Assembly: GCA_963169535.1 (NCBI GenBank)
Contig: CAUJED010000023.1
Coordinates: forward strand, 8,030 to 72,029
DNA from: Bacteroidota bacterium
Lineage (GTDB): Bacteria > Bacteroidota > Bacteroidia > Flavobacteriales_F > PHOS-HE28
Length of the DNA: 64,000 nt
Reading direction: 5' to 3'
Shown: one piece after another, positions 1 through 9,138 of the stretch
Position numbering within the stretch: the stretch's first letter is position 1
Layout of the letters: each line of letters begins with the position of its first letter
The notes under the pieces: generated by a model
Seen by the model: only the letters and a program-made list of their open reading frames with translations
The model's database searches: none
Told to the model about the DNA's origin: nothing
Translations under genes and position numbers: made by a program

Positions 1-4
1 CGGC

Positions 5-304
5 ATGACCAGCAAGAAGGAGGAGAGCCAGCAAGGCACGAGCGTGGGCACCACCACCACCAAGGGCGGTTCGCTGGACCTGGGCCTGAACGCGGTGGCC
101 GGCTTCGACTACTACGTTGCTGAGAAGTTGTACCTGGGTACCGAGATCGGCTTCGGCGTGGGAATGACGAGCGATCTGACGAACAAGGTGTCCTACGACA
201 ACATCCCCGGTGCGCAGGATAGCGAGTCCAAGAAGGACAACCAATCCAAGTTCAACATCGGCCCCAACGTGGTGGGACAGCTGCGTCTGGGCTGGGTGTT
301 CTAA
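5..304 (+). CDS. outer-membrane beta-barrel protein, C-terminal portion (probably 5'-truncated by the window edge)
   Basis: ORF touches the window start. It has a Gly/Thr/aromatic alternating pattern and ends ...QLRLGWVF (terminal Phe), typical of OMP beta-barrels. Confidence 0.5.
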   Translation: MTSKKEESQQGTSVGTTTTKGGSLDLGLNAVAGFDYYVAEKLYLGTEIGFGVGMTSDLTNKVSYDNIPGAQDSESKKDNQSKFNIGPNVVGQLRLGWVF

Positions 305-333
305 GGGCTTGGTGAAGGGATACCTTTACTGAC

Positions 334-1227
334 ATGAAAACACGACACATGAATAGGAGAACGTCGATCGCCGGATGGGGTGGCGCGCTGGTGTTGAGCG
401 TGGCCCTTTTGGCGGGCTGCTCCAAGGAGAGTGGTCATGTGACGCCGGCCGGACAGGACCGGATCACCGACGCTGACATGCAGCAGCGCCTGCGCGAGAA
501 AGCCGCCCAGTTGCCTGGTGTGGGCGTGTACAACCGCCGCATGAACAAGGTCATCGTGTTCAAACAGAACGTGGATGGCAGCCGCAGCTTCAACTTCGTG
601 GACCCACCCACCAATGGGATCAACTTCGCCAGCAGCAATGGTGGCGAATGGACCTGGTCGGAAAGCCAGGGCCTGATGATCCTGACCGAACCTTCCGCTG
701 GCCTGGGTGCTGGTGGCGGTACGGTGGTGGCGGGCAACACCTCGTTGGACATCGACCTGGCCGTATGCTTCAGCATGGGCGAGGATGCCTTGGGTGAAGG
801 CCTGTTCGATACCGGTGTTGGCGATGTGGCCGGAGTGATCGGGATCGCCGGTGACTTCGAGGCCCTGATGAATGGCGACTTCTCGGAGGACGAGGATGAT
901 ATCTTCGATTACTTCCATGGTTTCGCCTACTACCTGGTTTATGCGGACGACCTGTCCAATACCGGATATGAGGTGCTCAACTGGGCGGAGGACCTGAACC
1001 AGGATCCCGAGGATCTGGATGGTTTCGGATTCTCCTTCGTGGTGAGCTTCCAGAACGAAGGAGCCATCTACATCTCGAGCGAAGGCACTTTGAACGTGAA
1101 CGGTGGTTCCATTGGCTTCAATGGCAACTACTATGCGATCGAGGGCGTCGGCTTCTTCGACGATGAGGAGGACGATGACGCGGACTACAGCGTGGTCAGC
1201 GGCTTCGGCTCCATGGGATGTGATTAG
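334..1227 (+). CDS. secreted lipoprotein with an acidic D/E-rich C-terminal half, function unknown
   Basis: Signal peptide with lipobox LLAGC|S. No catalytic motif recognised. A hairpin terminator follows. The true start may be the second Met at 349. Confidence 0.6.
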   Translation: MKTRHMNRRTSIAGWGGALVLSVALLAGCSKESGHVTPAGQDRITDADMQQRLREKAAQLPGVGVYNRRMNKVIVFKQNVDGSRSFNFVDPPTNGINFASSNGGEWTWSESQGLMILTEPSAGLGAGGGTVVAGNTSLDIDLAVCFSMGEDALGEGLFDTGVGDVAGVIGIAGDFEALMNGDFSEDEDDIFDYFHGFAYYLVYADDLSNTGYEVLNWAEDLNQDPEDLDGFGFSFVVSFQNEGAIYISSEGTLNVNGGSIGFNGNYYAIEGVGFFDDEEDDDADYSVVSGFGSMGCD

Positions 1228-1250
1228 GTCTGGTCGACCGTGGTTGATCG

Positions 1251-1280
1251 GAGGGGCCGTCTCGCAAGAGGCGGCCCCTC
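1251..1280 (+). terminator. hairpin terminator after the lipoprotein gene
   Basis: GAGGGGCCGTCTC-GCAA-GAGGCGGCCCCTC: a 13-bp stem (one G.U on the plus strand) with a GCAA loop, followed by TGTTCGTATA. Confidence 0.6.
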
Positions 1281-1354
1281 TGTTCGTATACCGGGCCCCA
1301 ATGGTATGAGGCCGGACCTGCGGAACGTTCCCATCGGAACAGGTGGGAGATGGA

Positions 1355-1540
1355 ATACCACTTGAATATCCAGTACCAACCGATCCGCTTGCTCCCTTTC
1401 CCCATGCCTTCTCGGAGAGACCTCTTCCGTAGGCTCGGCCCTCGGTAGCTGCGCTCCCGGGGGTATAGGTCTTCGGCCTTGCATCAGGTCCCTCTTTCGG
1501 ACTGTGAAAATGATCCGCCGCGCATCCACGGCCGCTATGG
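1355..1540 (+). repeat. intergenic repeat family, copy E (the only plus-orientation copy)
   Basis: Ungapped hand alignment to the reverse complement of copy A: ATACC..., CCGATCCGCTTGCTCCCTTTCCCCATGCCTTCTCGG and TTCCGTAG line up in the same register. CGGCCCTCGGTAGCTGCGCTCCC also matches the variable region of copy C. The far end is decayed, so the right boundary is approximate. Confidence 0.6.
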
Positions 1541-1674
1541 ACCGTCCAAGGGGAATAGCGCGTGGATCGGATGAGGGCGAACCTGCTGCTGGTGATGATG
1601 GGCCATTGGGGTCGGCCCGAATTCCATGGTCGCGAAGGGGCCGTTCAGGCCCATGCCGTGGGCACTGCGGTGGT

Positions 1675-1854
1675 TCAAGCTCCTTTGGAGCAGGCCCCAC
1701 AGGTGGCACAAGGGCCCGTGCCCGAAGTGCTCCGGTGGGCCCCGAGCCTACGTGCGGACGGAAGAAGTGCCATCCGCCAGCGCTCCGGCATCCATTGCCA
1801 GGCCATGTATGCCACGGCACCGGTCACGATCACGATGGTGAGCAAGGTCTGCAT
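1675..1854 (-). CDS. FeoB-associated Cys-rich membrane micro-protein (59 aa)
   Basis: MQTLLTIVIVTGAVAYMAWQW... with C-terminal GPCATCGACSKGA. Its ATG overlaps the feoB TGA (ATGA at 1852-1856). It is hidden inside the longer 124-aa track ORF 1675..2049. Confidence 0.6.
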   Translation of the reverse strand: MQTLLTIVIVTGAVAYMAWQWMPERWRMALLPSARRLGAHRSTSGTGPCATCGACSKGA

Positions 1855-3689
1855 CAGGGTGCGGTGAGGAACAGGGTGAGTTGGTAGGTCACCAGACTTG
1901 CAAGGTACGCCAGCGCGAACAGGTATCCTCCCATGATCCACATGTAGCGCCACGAATTGGTCTCCCTCCGGACCGCCACGAAAGTGCTCAGGCATTGTGG
2001 CGCGAAGACCATCCACAATAGGAGTGAGAGCTTGGTCGCGAGCGACCATTCGTTGCTGATCCGGTCCTGAAGCTGGGCACCCACCTGCTCCTCGTCGCCT
2101 TCCATGGCATAGACCAGGCCCAACGAGCTCACCACGACTTCGCGGGCGGCCATACCCGGTACCAGGGCGATGGAGATATGTTCATTGAAGCCGATGGGGG
2201 CGAAGATGTACTGTAGTCCATTCCCCAGCTCTCCCGCAAGACTGCGTTCAATGGGCGTACCATCGGCATGTGCACGTGGAGAGGGAATGGTGTACAGGGC
2301 CCACATGATGATGGTGAGCGCAAGGATGATGGTGCCAACGCGACGGAGGAAGATCATCGCCCGTTCCCACAGGCCGATCACCAGGCTACGAAGGTCGGGC
2401 CACTGGTAGGCGGGAAGCTCCATCAACAGCGGAGCATTGCCAGCGCTCCGGTGCGGGCGTTTCATCACCCAGGCCACGCACATGGCACTGACGATCCCCA
2501 GGGCATAGAGGCCCACCATCAGTGCCGTGGCCTTCATCGGCTCTTGGGGGAAGAGGGCCGCGATCAACAGCGTGTACACGGGGATCCGTGCAGAGCAGGC
2601 CATGAGCGGGGCGATCATGATGGTGGTGAGCCGGTCGCGCCAATTGGTGATCGTGCGTGTGGCCATGATGCCGGGGATGGCGCAGGCGAAGCTGGACAGG
2701 AGCGGTATGAACGAGCGCCCAGAGAGACCGGCTTTGCTCATGGGCTTGTCCAACAGGAAGGCGGCACGCGGCAGGTAGCCGGAATCTTCCAGTGCGAGGA
2801 TGAAGAGGAACAGGATCAGGATCTGCGGAAGGAACACCAGCACCCCACCGACCCCGCCGAGGATGCCCTCCACCACCAGCCCCCGCAACAGGCCATCGTT
2901 CATCCGCTCCTCCACCTGTACGGCGAGCCAGCTGAACACTTCCTCCACATGACCGGTGAGCCAGCTGCCCACCGAGAATACGGCGAGGAACGTGGACGTG
3001 AGCACGAGGGCCAGCACCACCAGCCCCCACACGGGGTGCATCAAGAACCGGTCGATCCGTTCGGTCGGGTCGTGGTCCACGGCAGGCTCTTGCACGGAGG
3101 CCTCGAAGATCCGGTGCACCTCATGCTGCGTGTGACGCACATCATCGATGCTCTGTGCTTGCCATGTACTGGTGGTTCTCGGTGGGAGCTCATGGTCCAG
3201 ATGCGCTTGCAACGGGCGAGCGCCATGGGCGTGTACGCTCACCGTGGGCACCACGGGCGCACCAAGGGCCAGTGCCAGCTTCGGAAGGTCTATCCGGATG
3301 CCGAGCTTCTGTGCCCGGTCCATCTTGTTGAGGGCGACCACCAAGGGAATGCCCAGCTGTCGTGCTTCAAGCACCATACGCAGGTGCAAGCGAAGGTTCG
3401 TGGCGTCCACCACGCATACCAGCAGGTCTGGCAGGGTGTCGAGGTGTCCGGTGATCACATCGCGGGTCACGGCCTCGTCGTTGCTGATCGCGTTCAGGCT
3501 ATAGGCGCCAGGCAGATCCAGCACCTTCACGTGGCGACCGCTGGCGGTATGGGCCACGCCTTCCTTGCGTTCCACGGTCACCCCGGCGTAATTGGCGACC
3601 TTCTGCCGACTGCCGGTCAGCAGGTTGAACAGCGCTGTCTTTCCGCAGTTAGGATTGCCCAACAGGGCGATGTGCGTGGGTAGTGCCAA
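1854..3689 (-). CDS. feoB: ferrous iron transporter FeoB
   Basis: N-terminal G-domain LLGNPNCGKTALFNLLTG...VANYAGVTVE...LDLPGAYSL, followed by a polytopic membrane domain; 611 aa. Confidence 0.95.
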   Translation of the reverse strand: MALPTHIALLGNPNCGKTALFNLLTGSRQKVANYAGVTVERKEGVAHTASGRHVKVLDLPGAYSLNAISNDEAVTRDVITGHLDTLPDLLVCVVDATNLRLHLRMVLEARQLGIPLVVALNKMDRAQKLGIRIDLPKLALALGAPVVPTVSVHAHGARPLQAHLDHELPPRTTSTWQAQSIDDVRHTQHEVHRIFEASVQEPAVDHDPTERIDRFLMHPVWGLVVLALVLTSTFLAVFSVGSWLTGHVEEVFSWLAVQVEERMNDGLLRGLVVEGILGGVGGVLVFLPQILILFLFILALEDSGYLPRAAFLLDKPMSKAGLSGRSFIPLLSSFACAIPGIMATRTITNWRDRLTTIMIAPLMACSARIPVYTLLIAALFPQEPMKATALMVGLYALGIVSAMCVAWVMKRPHRSAGNAPLLMELPAYQWPDLRSLVIGLWERAMIFLRRVGTIILALTIIMWALYTIPSPRAHADGTPIERSLAGELGNGLQYIFAPIGFNEHISIALVPGMAAREVVVSSLGLVYAMEGDEEQVGAQLQDRISNEWSLATKLSLLLWMVFAPQCLSTFVAVRRETNSWRYMWIMGGYLFALAYLASLVTYQLTLFLTAP

Positions 3690-3812
3690 AATGGATCGTT
3701 AGTGAACGGCTTGGCCGGAGCGTTGTGGAGCCGGATGCTGGCCGCGGCAGGCGTTGTGGGCGAGGTCGCGGAAGGATGGAGTCCTTTGCATGCACAGTCC
3801 CATTGCTCCGCG

Positions 3813-4085
3813 TCAGGCCGGGGTTACCATGATGAAAGCGGCCTCTCGTTGCCGCAGGGCGAAGGTGGTCTGCCCCACCCGCACGGCCAACGGTTCGCGC
3901 GAGCCAATGCCTTCGGCCACGATCCGCACCCGTTGGCCGGGTACGAACCCCAGTTCCACCAGCCGCCGCACCAATGCCCGGTCCGGGCCTTGGTGGGGTA
4001 CCGTAACATCGGCGACGATGGCCCACTGCCGCTCGGGCAGTTGGTCCAAGCGCAATGCGGAAGGGACGGTGTCGGTCACGGCCAT
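3813..4085 (-). CDS. feoA: FeoA family iron transport protein
   Basis: Internal Met of track ORF 3813..4373 (ATG verified at 4083-4085). 90 aa, with LRLDQLPERQWAIVADV...LVELGFVPGQRVRIV...G.PLAVRVGQTTFALR, typical of the FeoA SH3-like domain. Lies upstream of feoB. Confidence 0.85.
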   Translation of the reverse strand: MAVTDTVPSALRLDQLPERQWAIVADVTVPHQGPDRALVRRLVELGFVPGQRVRIVAEGIGSREPLAVRVGQTTFALRQREAAFIMVTPA

Positions 4086-4270
4086 TTTACAAAGGTCGGT
4101 ACCACGTAGGCATGTCCAAATCCCCCGATCGGGGTAGGTAGGAACCTGCATCGCGGGGTGCCCAGGGAGGGCGAAAATGGCCCACCGCCGGTTCGCTGTT
4201 GACCATCGGATCGTGGAAAGCGCGCCGGAATGCCTTCGCCCACCCGGTTGGAGGTAGGTTCCTTTGTGCC

Positions 4271-4876
4271 ATGGCCCGGAGATCCACGGTGGATGCCCTG
4301 TCGTTGTTCGACACGCTGGTGTACACCTGCCAATACCGATTGGTGGTCGATCCGGCGAGTCACCTGGCGGCACGTATCATGGAATGGCGGCAGTCATTGC
4401 GCGAACGGATCGGCACGTTCAACGAAGCGTACCAGATGCCGGGGATCGTGCTGTTCCATAGCGAACTGCCACCGGAGTATGAGCGGTCGCTTGCCGATGC
4501 CGTCCATCGGGGGGTCACCGGATTCCCACCATTCGCGCTCAACCTGGGGGCCATGGCGCACGGCGAAGACCGTAAGAGCATCCATATCGAACTGATCGAG
4601 AAAGGGACCATTGCCGCCTTGCGCCAGCGGGTGGTGGATCATGTACGCACCAATCGAAGGATCAAGAAGTTGGGGGTCACCGTTGAGGAGCACCCAAGAC
4701 TGGTGGTCGCATCAGGCCTTCGGTCCGACCAGTTCAACACGGCATGGGCGCTATTGGGCAACCAGGGCGGGGCCTTTCAACAGCGGGTGAGCGATGTGGT
4801 GCTGATGAAACGGGAGTTGGACACCACCAGCATCGATCAGCATGTGCGCACCTTTCCTTTGGAGATGACGGTCTGA
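4271..4876 (+). CDS. hypothetical protein (weak resemblance to 2H phosphoesterase/LigT-like proteins, motifs degenerate)
   Basis: Coding-like composition. The start was chosen at the internal ATG 4271. The H-x-T/S motifs are not intact, so no family call. Confidence 0.45.
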   Translation: MARRSTVDALSLFDTLVYTCQYRLVVDPASHLAARIMEWRQSLRERIGTFNEAYQMPGIVLFHSELPPEYERSLADAVHRGVTGFPPFALNLGAMAHGEDRKSIHIELIEKGTIAALRQRVVDHVRTNRRIKKLGVTVEEHPRLVVASGLRSDQFNTAWALLGNQGGAFQQRVSDVVLMKRELDTTSIDQHVRTFPLEMTV

Positions 4877-4913
4877 AGGAATGGGTCGTGAGCCATCAGC
4901 GTGCGGACCGGTA

Positions 4914-5426
4914 CTATTCTTCCTTCCTGCCGGTCCTTGCGGGATCAGCTTGGGGCACGTCGACCAGCGTACGGTCGTGGCGCACTTTCATCAGTCCGGT
5001 GCCTTTAACGAAGGTGATGCTGCCCACGGGGCCTGCATACATGCGTTCGTTGCGAAGTTCGGGCTGCAACTGCACATCGAAACGCACCAGTTTGTTCTTC
5101 CTCACGGCTTCCTTGGTGCGCAGGGCGTTGCGGGTGTCCACCACCACATCCTTGGAGAGGTAGCCAGGCTTTTCGAAGCGTATGCTGGCCTTGGCATTCA
5201 ACGGCAACGATAGCTCGAACCGGCCATCGGGATAGAGGTCGAAAGGCACGCATTCGAGGTCGTTCACCTCCACGATGAGGACCGCATCGGTCAATGCTTC
5301 GCCATCGAGCAGGAGCCTGCCTTGGATCTCTATATGGTCGCGCTCCGCCAGTAGTTCCGCCGGAAGTGCGAATGCGGTCATGGCGCACACAATGGCCGCA
5401 GGGTGAAGGTTGGTCAGGGCGTTCAT
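4914..5426 (-). CDS. secreted protein with a carboxypeptidase-regulatory-like (Ig-like beta-sandwich) domain
   Basis: Signal-peptide-like N-terminus MNALTNLHPAAIVCAMTAFALPA. Contains IQGRLLLDGEALTDAVLIVEV...PDGRFELSLP...IRFEKPGYLSKDVVVD. The start is the internal ATG verified at 5424-5426. Confidence 0.55.
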   Translation of the reverse strand: MNALTNLHPAAIVCAMTAFALPAELLAERDHIEIQGRLLLDGEALTDAVLIVEVNDLECVPFDLYPDGRFELSLPLNAKASIRFEKPGYLSKDVVVDTRNALRTKEAVRKNKLVRFDVQLQPELRNERMYAGPVGSITFVKGTGLMKVRHDRTLVDVPQADPARTGRKEE

Positions 5427-5509
5427 GGCAGCAGGTTTTGGTCCACGGGTCAAAGCTCTCCATGGCAGGCGCCGCCATCAATACCCACAAATGGGTGAAA
5501 TCCAACTGG

Positions 5510-6145
5510 TCACACCCAGCACCGGTCCTGGGCGTATTTCACCAGGCCGGCCACCGAACGAACGTTCAATTTGGCCATGAGGTTCTTCCGGTGCGTCTTC
5601 ACCGTTTCGGTGCTGATATGGAGGGCCGCACCGATCTCATCATTGCTGTGTTCGCGTGCGATGAGCACGATGATCTCACGCTCCCGACGGCTAAGGCCGA
5701 GGTATTCGCCATCCATGTGTTTGTCACAATGCGCATACCCTTGGGCCACACTGTCCCGGGCGATGGGACTGATGTACCGTCCGCCGTGCATCACCAGGTC
5801 GATGGCGTCGAAGAGTTCCTGTTTCGGGCCTCCCTTCACCACATAGCCGTTGGCCCCTTCGATCAGCATGCTGTTCACGTATTCGATCCCTGCGAGGGCG
5901 CTGTGCGCCAGGATGCGGATGTTGCGGTCCCGCCTCCGCAGTTCACGCACGGTGTCGATCCCGTCAAGGCCGGGAAGCGATACGTCAAGCATGGCGATGT
6001 CCACCGGGTGCATTTTCACCAGATGCAGCAGGTCGGTGCCTGTGCAGGCATGGGCCTCCACGTGCAGGTCGTTGCGGACGGAGAACCATGCACGCAGCCC
6101 CTCGCACACCAATTCCTGAGCGTCGGCGATGATGATCCTGGTCAT
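5510..6145 (-). CDS. two-component response regulator, NarL/LuxR family (no adjacent kinase)
   Basis: Receiver domain (IIIADAQELV..., DIAMLDVSLPGLDG) followed by a C-terminal LuxR-type HTH (LSRREREIIVLIAREHSNDEIGAALHISTETVKTHRKNLMAKL). Confidence 0.9.
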   Translation of the reverse strand: MTRIIIADAQELVCEGLRAWFSVRNDLHVEAHACTGTDLLHLVKMHPVDIAMLDVSLPGLDGIDTVRELRRRDRNIRILAHSALAGIEYVNSMLIEGANGYVVKGGPKQELFDAIDLVMHGGRYISPIARDSVAQGYAHCDKHMDGEYLGLSRREREIIVLIAREHSNDEIGAALHISTETVKTHRKNLMAKLNVRSVAGLVKYAQDRCWV

Positions 6146-6486
6146 GGCCTGGAGATATTGGCGTATGAGATCATGGAGCAGGACGAGGGGTCGGCGAATG
6201 GCGCCTGGCGTATCCTGTGTGCGGCGGCCGATGTGCGGTAGGTCCGCGCAACGAGCGCCATGCGAAGCGGCTCAAGGGCGACAACCGGGGATCGGTGGTG
6301 CATCGCACGGTCATGGATACGAAGATAGATCGTGGGGGTGCGGATCATCCACCGGGTGGCGGAACCGCCTTTTGTGCCCAATTTCGCGGGTGGTGAGCGG
6401 ACCGAGGGGCACGCTGGCTGGGCGTTGATGGCGGCCTAGCGGTCGTGGATGCGTTCTCACGTTCCGCCCGATGCCAGCAGAGAGCC

Positions 6487-8814
6487 ATGGAGCATATTGA
6501 GACCGAAATGGCCACGCTGGCCGCACGCTTCGTCAACAGCACGAACCGCCACGTCTTCCTCACTGGCAAGGCCGGGACCGGTAAAACCACCTTCCTCCGG
6601 AAACTGGCGGCCAGCACGCACAAGCGCTTCGTCATCCTCGCACCCACGGGCATCGCCGCGCTCAATGCGGGCGGGGTCACCATCCACAGCCAGTTCCTGC
6701 TGCCCTTCGGCGCGTTCGTACCCGAGCGGCACTTGCCCGGTGACATCACCCACGGGAATTTCACCGACCAGGACACGCTCAACCGGCGGCATCCGCTGAA
6801 CAACATCCGGCGCAACGTGCTGCGCGAAGTGGATCTGCTCATCATCGACGAAGTGAGCATGTTGCGTGCCGATGTGCTCGACGCCATCGATCACCGCATG
6901 CGGGCCGTGCGTCAGAACCGCTACCAGAGCTTCGGTGGTGCGCAAGTGCTGCTCATCGGCGACCTGTACCAGTTGCCTCCCGTGGTGAAGGATGATGAAT
7001 GGCGGGTGATGCAACGGTATTATACCAGCATGCACTTCTTCGAGTCGCATGTGCTGAAGCAGCACGGCTACGCGCACATCGAGCTGGATCGGATCTTTCG
7101 GCAGCAGGACGAGGGTTTCATTCACCTGCTGAACAACCTGCGGAACAACACTGTTACCGCTGCGGATGTGGCCGAACTGAACAAGTACCACGGGGCGGAG
7201 ATCAGCGCTGAGGGTGCCGGTGGTGTGATCACCCTCACCACGCACAACCACAAGGCCGATGAGTTGAATCGGGTCGCGTTGGAGGCATTGCCGGGCAAGG
7301 CGTTCCATTTCGAGGCCATCACCGATGGTGACTTCCCGGAGAGCATGTACCCGGTGCTGGAGCGGGTCGAGCTGAAGGAGGGCGCTCAGGTGATGTTCGT
7401 GAAGAACGATGTGGAGAAGGCCTACTTCAATGGCAAGCTGGCTCGGGTGGAGGAAGTGGACGAGAAGGGCATCACCGTGCGCATGTACGAAGGCGCGGGC
7501 GACAAGCTATCGGACACCACATATAAACTGAAGCGCGAAACGTGGGAGAACAAGCGGTACGTGGTGAATGCGGCCACCAAGGAACAGGAGGAGCAGCTGC
7601 TGGGCACATTCGAGCAGTACCCCATCAAGCTGGCGTGGGCCATCACCGTACACAAGAGCCAAGGCCTCACCTTCAGCAAGGCCATCATCGATGTGGGCCA
7701 AGCCTTCGCGCCGGGGCAGGTGTACGTGGCGCTCTCACGCCTGCGGTCGCTCGAGGGGCTCTCGCTGCGCACCCGGATCGATCCCGCAGTGGTGAGCAGC
7801 GATAAGGATGTGGTGGAGTTCACCCAGCGTGCTGCCGAACAGGAACCGCTGCCGCAACAGCTATGGGCGAAGCAACGCGAATACCTGCAGCAACTGCTCA
7901 CGGGCACCTTCGACCTGGGCGATCTGCTGCGGAAGGTGGAGTACACGCAGAAGGATCATACCGAAACAGCGCAGTTCGATGATGATGCCATGAAGACGGC
8001 GCTACAGGTGTTGCGCGACAAGCTCCGGGCAGAGGAGGAGAACACGCGCAAGTTCCAGAACCAGTTGATCCGTCTGCTGATGGAGGACCGACGCGATGAA
8101 TTGCTGACGCGCATTGGGAAGGGAGGCGCCTACTACGGAGACCTTTTGCAGGAGAGGATGAAGGCCCTGTACTTCCACATCGCCCAAGTGGAGTTGCTCA
8201 CCCGGTCGAAGGAGTATGCCAATGCGGTGAAGGAGATCGACGGCATGCTGATGAAGAAGATCGCCACCATGGCCAAGGTGGGCTACATGGCCTCGTGCAT
8301 CTTGAATGGTGAGGAGATCCAGCGGCAGAAGGACATCGAACAAGGGCTTGCGGCCAGGCGCGCCGTCATGGTTGGCGAAGCACGTGCGTGGGCGGAAGAG
8401 AACAGGCCGAAGAGCAGGACTGGGAAGAAGAAGAAGCGGCGAACAGCGGAGGACGAGCCTGCGGAGGGAATGGATGGGGCCGAACGACCGGAGCGACCAG
8501 CGCGGGCCGCCAAAGGCAGCACCTACGAAACCACTTACGCCTTACAGAAGGAAGGCTTCGGCATCGACGAGATCGCCGCGACGCGGTCCATGGCGAAGAG
8601 CACCATCGAAGGCCACTTCGCACGTGGCATCGCCGAAGGTGCGCTGGAGATCGATGGCCTCATGCCCGCGGAAGAGCGCGACACCATCGCCGACTGGATG
8701 CGCGAGAACACGGACAAGAGCCTCAACGATGCGCGTGCGAACTTCGGGGACCGCTTCAGCTTCGGCCAGTTGCGCATGGTGCAGGCGTGGGTGAAGAGGG
8801 AGGAAGGTGTATGA
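6487..8814 (+). CDS. PIF1/RecD-like ATP-dependent DNA helicase with a C-terminal HTH-like domain
   Basis: Walker A FLTGKAGTGKTTFL, Walker B LLIIDEVSM, LIGDLYQLPPV, and C-terminal helicase motifs AITVHKSQGLTF and YVALSR. Start set at ATG 6487 (the track ORF begins at GTG 6445). Confidence 0.85.
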   Translation: MEHIETEMATLAARFVNSTNRHVFLTGKAGTGKTTFLRKLAASTHKRFVILAPTGIAALNAGGVTIHSQFLLPFGAFVPERHLPGDITHGNFTDQDTLNRRHPLNNIRRNVLREVDLLIIDEVSMLRADVLDAIDHRMRAVRQNRYQSFGGAQVLLIGDLYQLPPVVKDDEWRVMQRYYTSMHFFESHVLKQHGYAHIELDRIFRQQDEGFIHLLNNLRNNTVTAADVAELNKYHGAEISAEGAGGVITLTTHNHKADELNRVALEALPGKAFHFEAITDGDFPESMYPVLERVELKEGAQVMFVKNDVEKAYFNGKLARVEEVDEKGITVRMYEGAGDKLSDTTYKLKRETWENKRYVVNAATKEQEEQLLGTFEQYPIKLAWAITVHKSQGLTFSKAIIDVGQAFAPGQVYVALSRLRSLEGLSLRTRIDPAVVSSDKDVVEFTQRAAEQEPLPQQLWAKQREYLQQLLTGTFDLGDLLRKVEYTQKDHTETAQFDDDAMKTALQVLRDKLRAEEENTRKFQNQLIRLLMEDRRDELLTRIGKGGAYYGDLLQERMKALYFHIAQVELLTRSKEYANAVKEIDGMLMKKIATMAKVGYMASCILNGEEIQRQKDIEQGLAARRAVMVGEARAWAEENRPKSRTGKKKKRRTAEDEPAEGMDGAERPERPARAAKGSTYETTYALQKEGFGIDEIAATRSMAKSTIEGHFARGIAEGALEIDGLMPAEERDTIADWMRENTDKSLNDARANFGDRFSFGQLRMVQAWVKREEGV

Positions 8815-8930
8815 CCACAGGGCCCTTTGCGCACATCCGGCCTGTTCGAGGGGACGGCTTCCACGCGAGCCATTTCCACCCGACGAACCAGGACCCGAAT
8901 GCTTCGTTCCGACCCTTGTACACGTACCAT

Positions 8931-9088
8931 TTCATAGGTAGGTGATAGCCAGAGATACGCCGGGTGGTTGCAATGCCGAAAGCGTAGAGCACAGCTTCCT
9001 GGAGGCGGTGCTACGGAACGATCCAGACGGAGAAGCCACGCGGAAAAGGACCGAGTGGATCAGCCTGCTCCTTCATGCGAATGGGTAT
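8931..9088 (-). repeat. intergenic repeat family, copy A
   Basis: The 82-nt core at 9007-9088 (GGTGCTACGGAACGATC...CCTTCATGCGAATGGGTAT) is about 85-90% identical by hand alignment to copy B. It lies about 50 nt 3' of the stop of the minus-strand DUF1501 gene. Confidence 0.75.
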
Positions 9089-9138
9089 GAAAGGCCGAGC
9101 GGATGGGCCCGCTCCGTAGTGCGAAGGTGGGCGATCGC

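Noticed and set aside
1224-1820. 198-aa minus-strand ORF, plus plus-strand ORFs of 71-127 aa, in the gap downstream of feoB
   Set aside because: Pro/Arg/Gly-rich junk frames that run through repeat copy E and the terminator hairpin. Only the 59-aa feoB-coupled micro-ORF is credible. A 39-aa His/Gln-rich ORF after it (MGLNGPFATMEFGPTPMAHHHQQQ...) has no support.
2268-3683. 471-aa ORF on the plus strand
   Set aside because: Entirely antisense to feoB, which has unmistakable motifs. The product is His/Gly/Arg/Ala-rich low-complexity sequence typical of shadow ORFs in high-GC DNA.
4123-4134. 12-bp perfect palindrome CCCCGATCGGGG upstream of feoA, considered as a Fur box
   Set aside because: It is GC-rich and unlike the AT-rich Fur consensus (GATAATGATAATCATTATC). 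Short GC palindromes are expected by chance at this composition.
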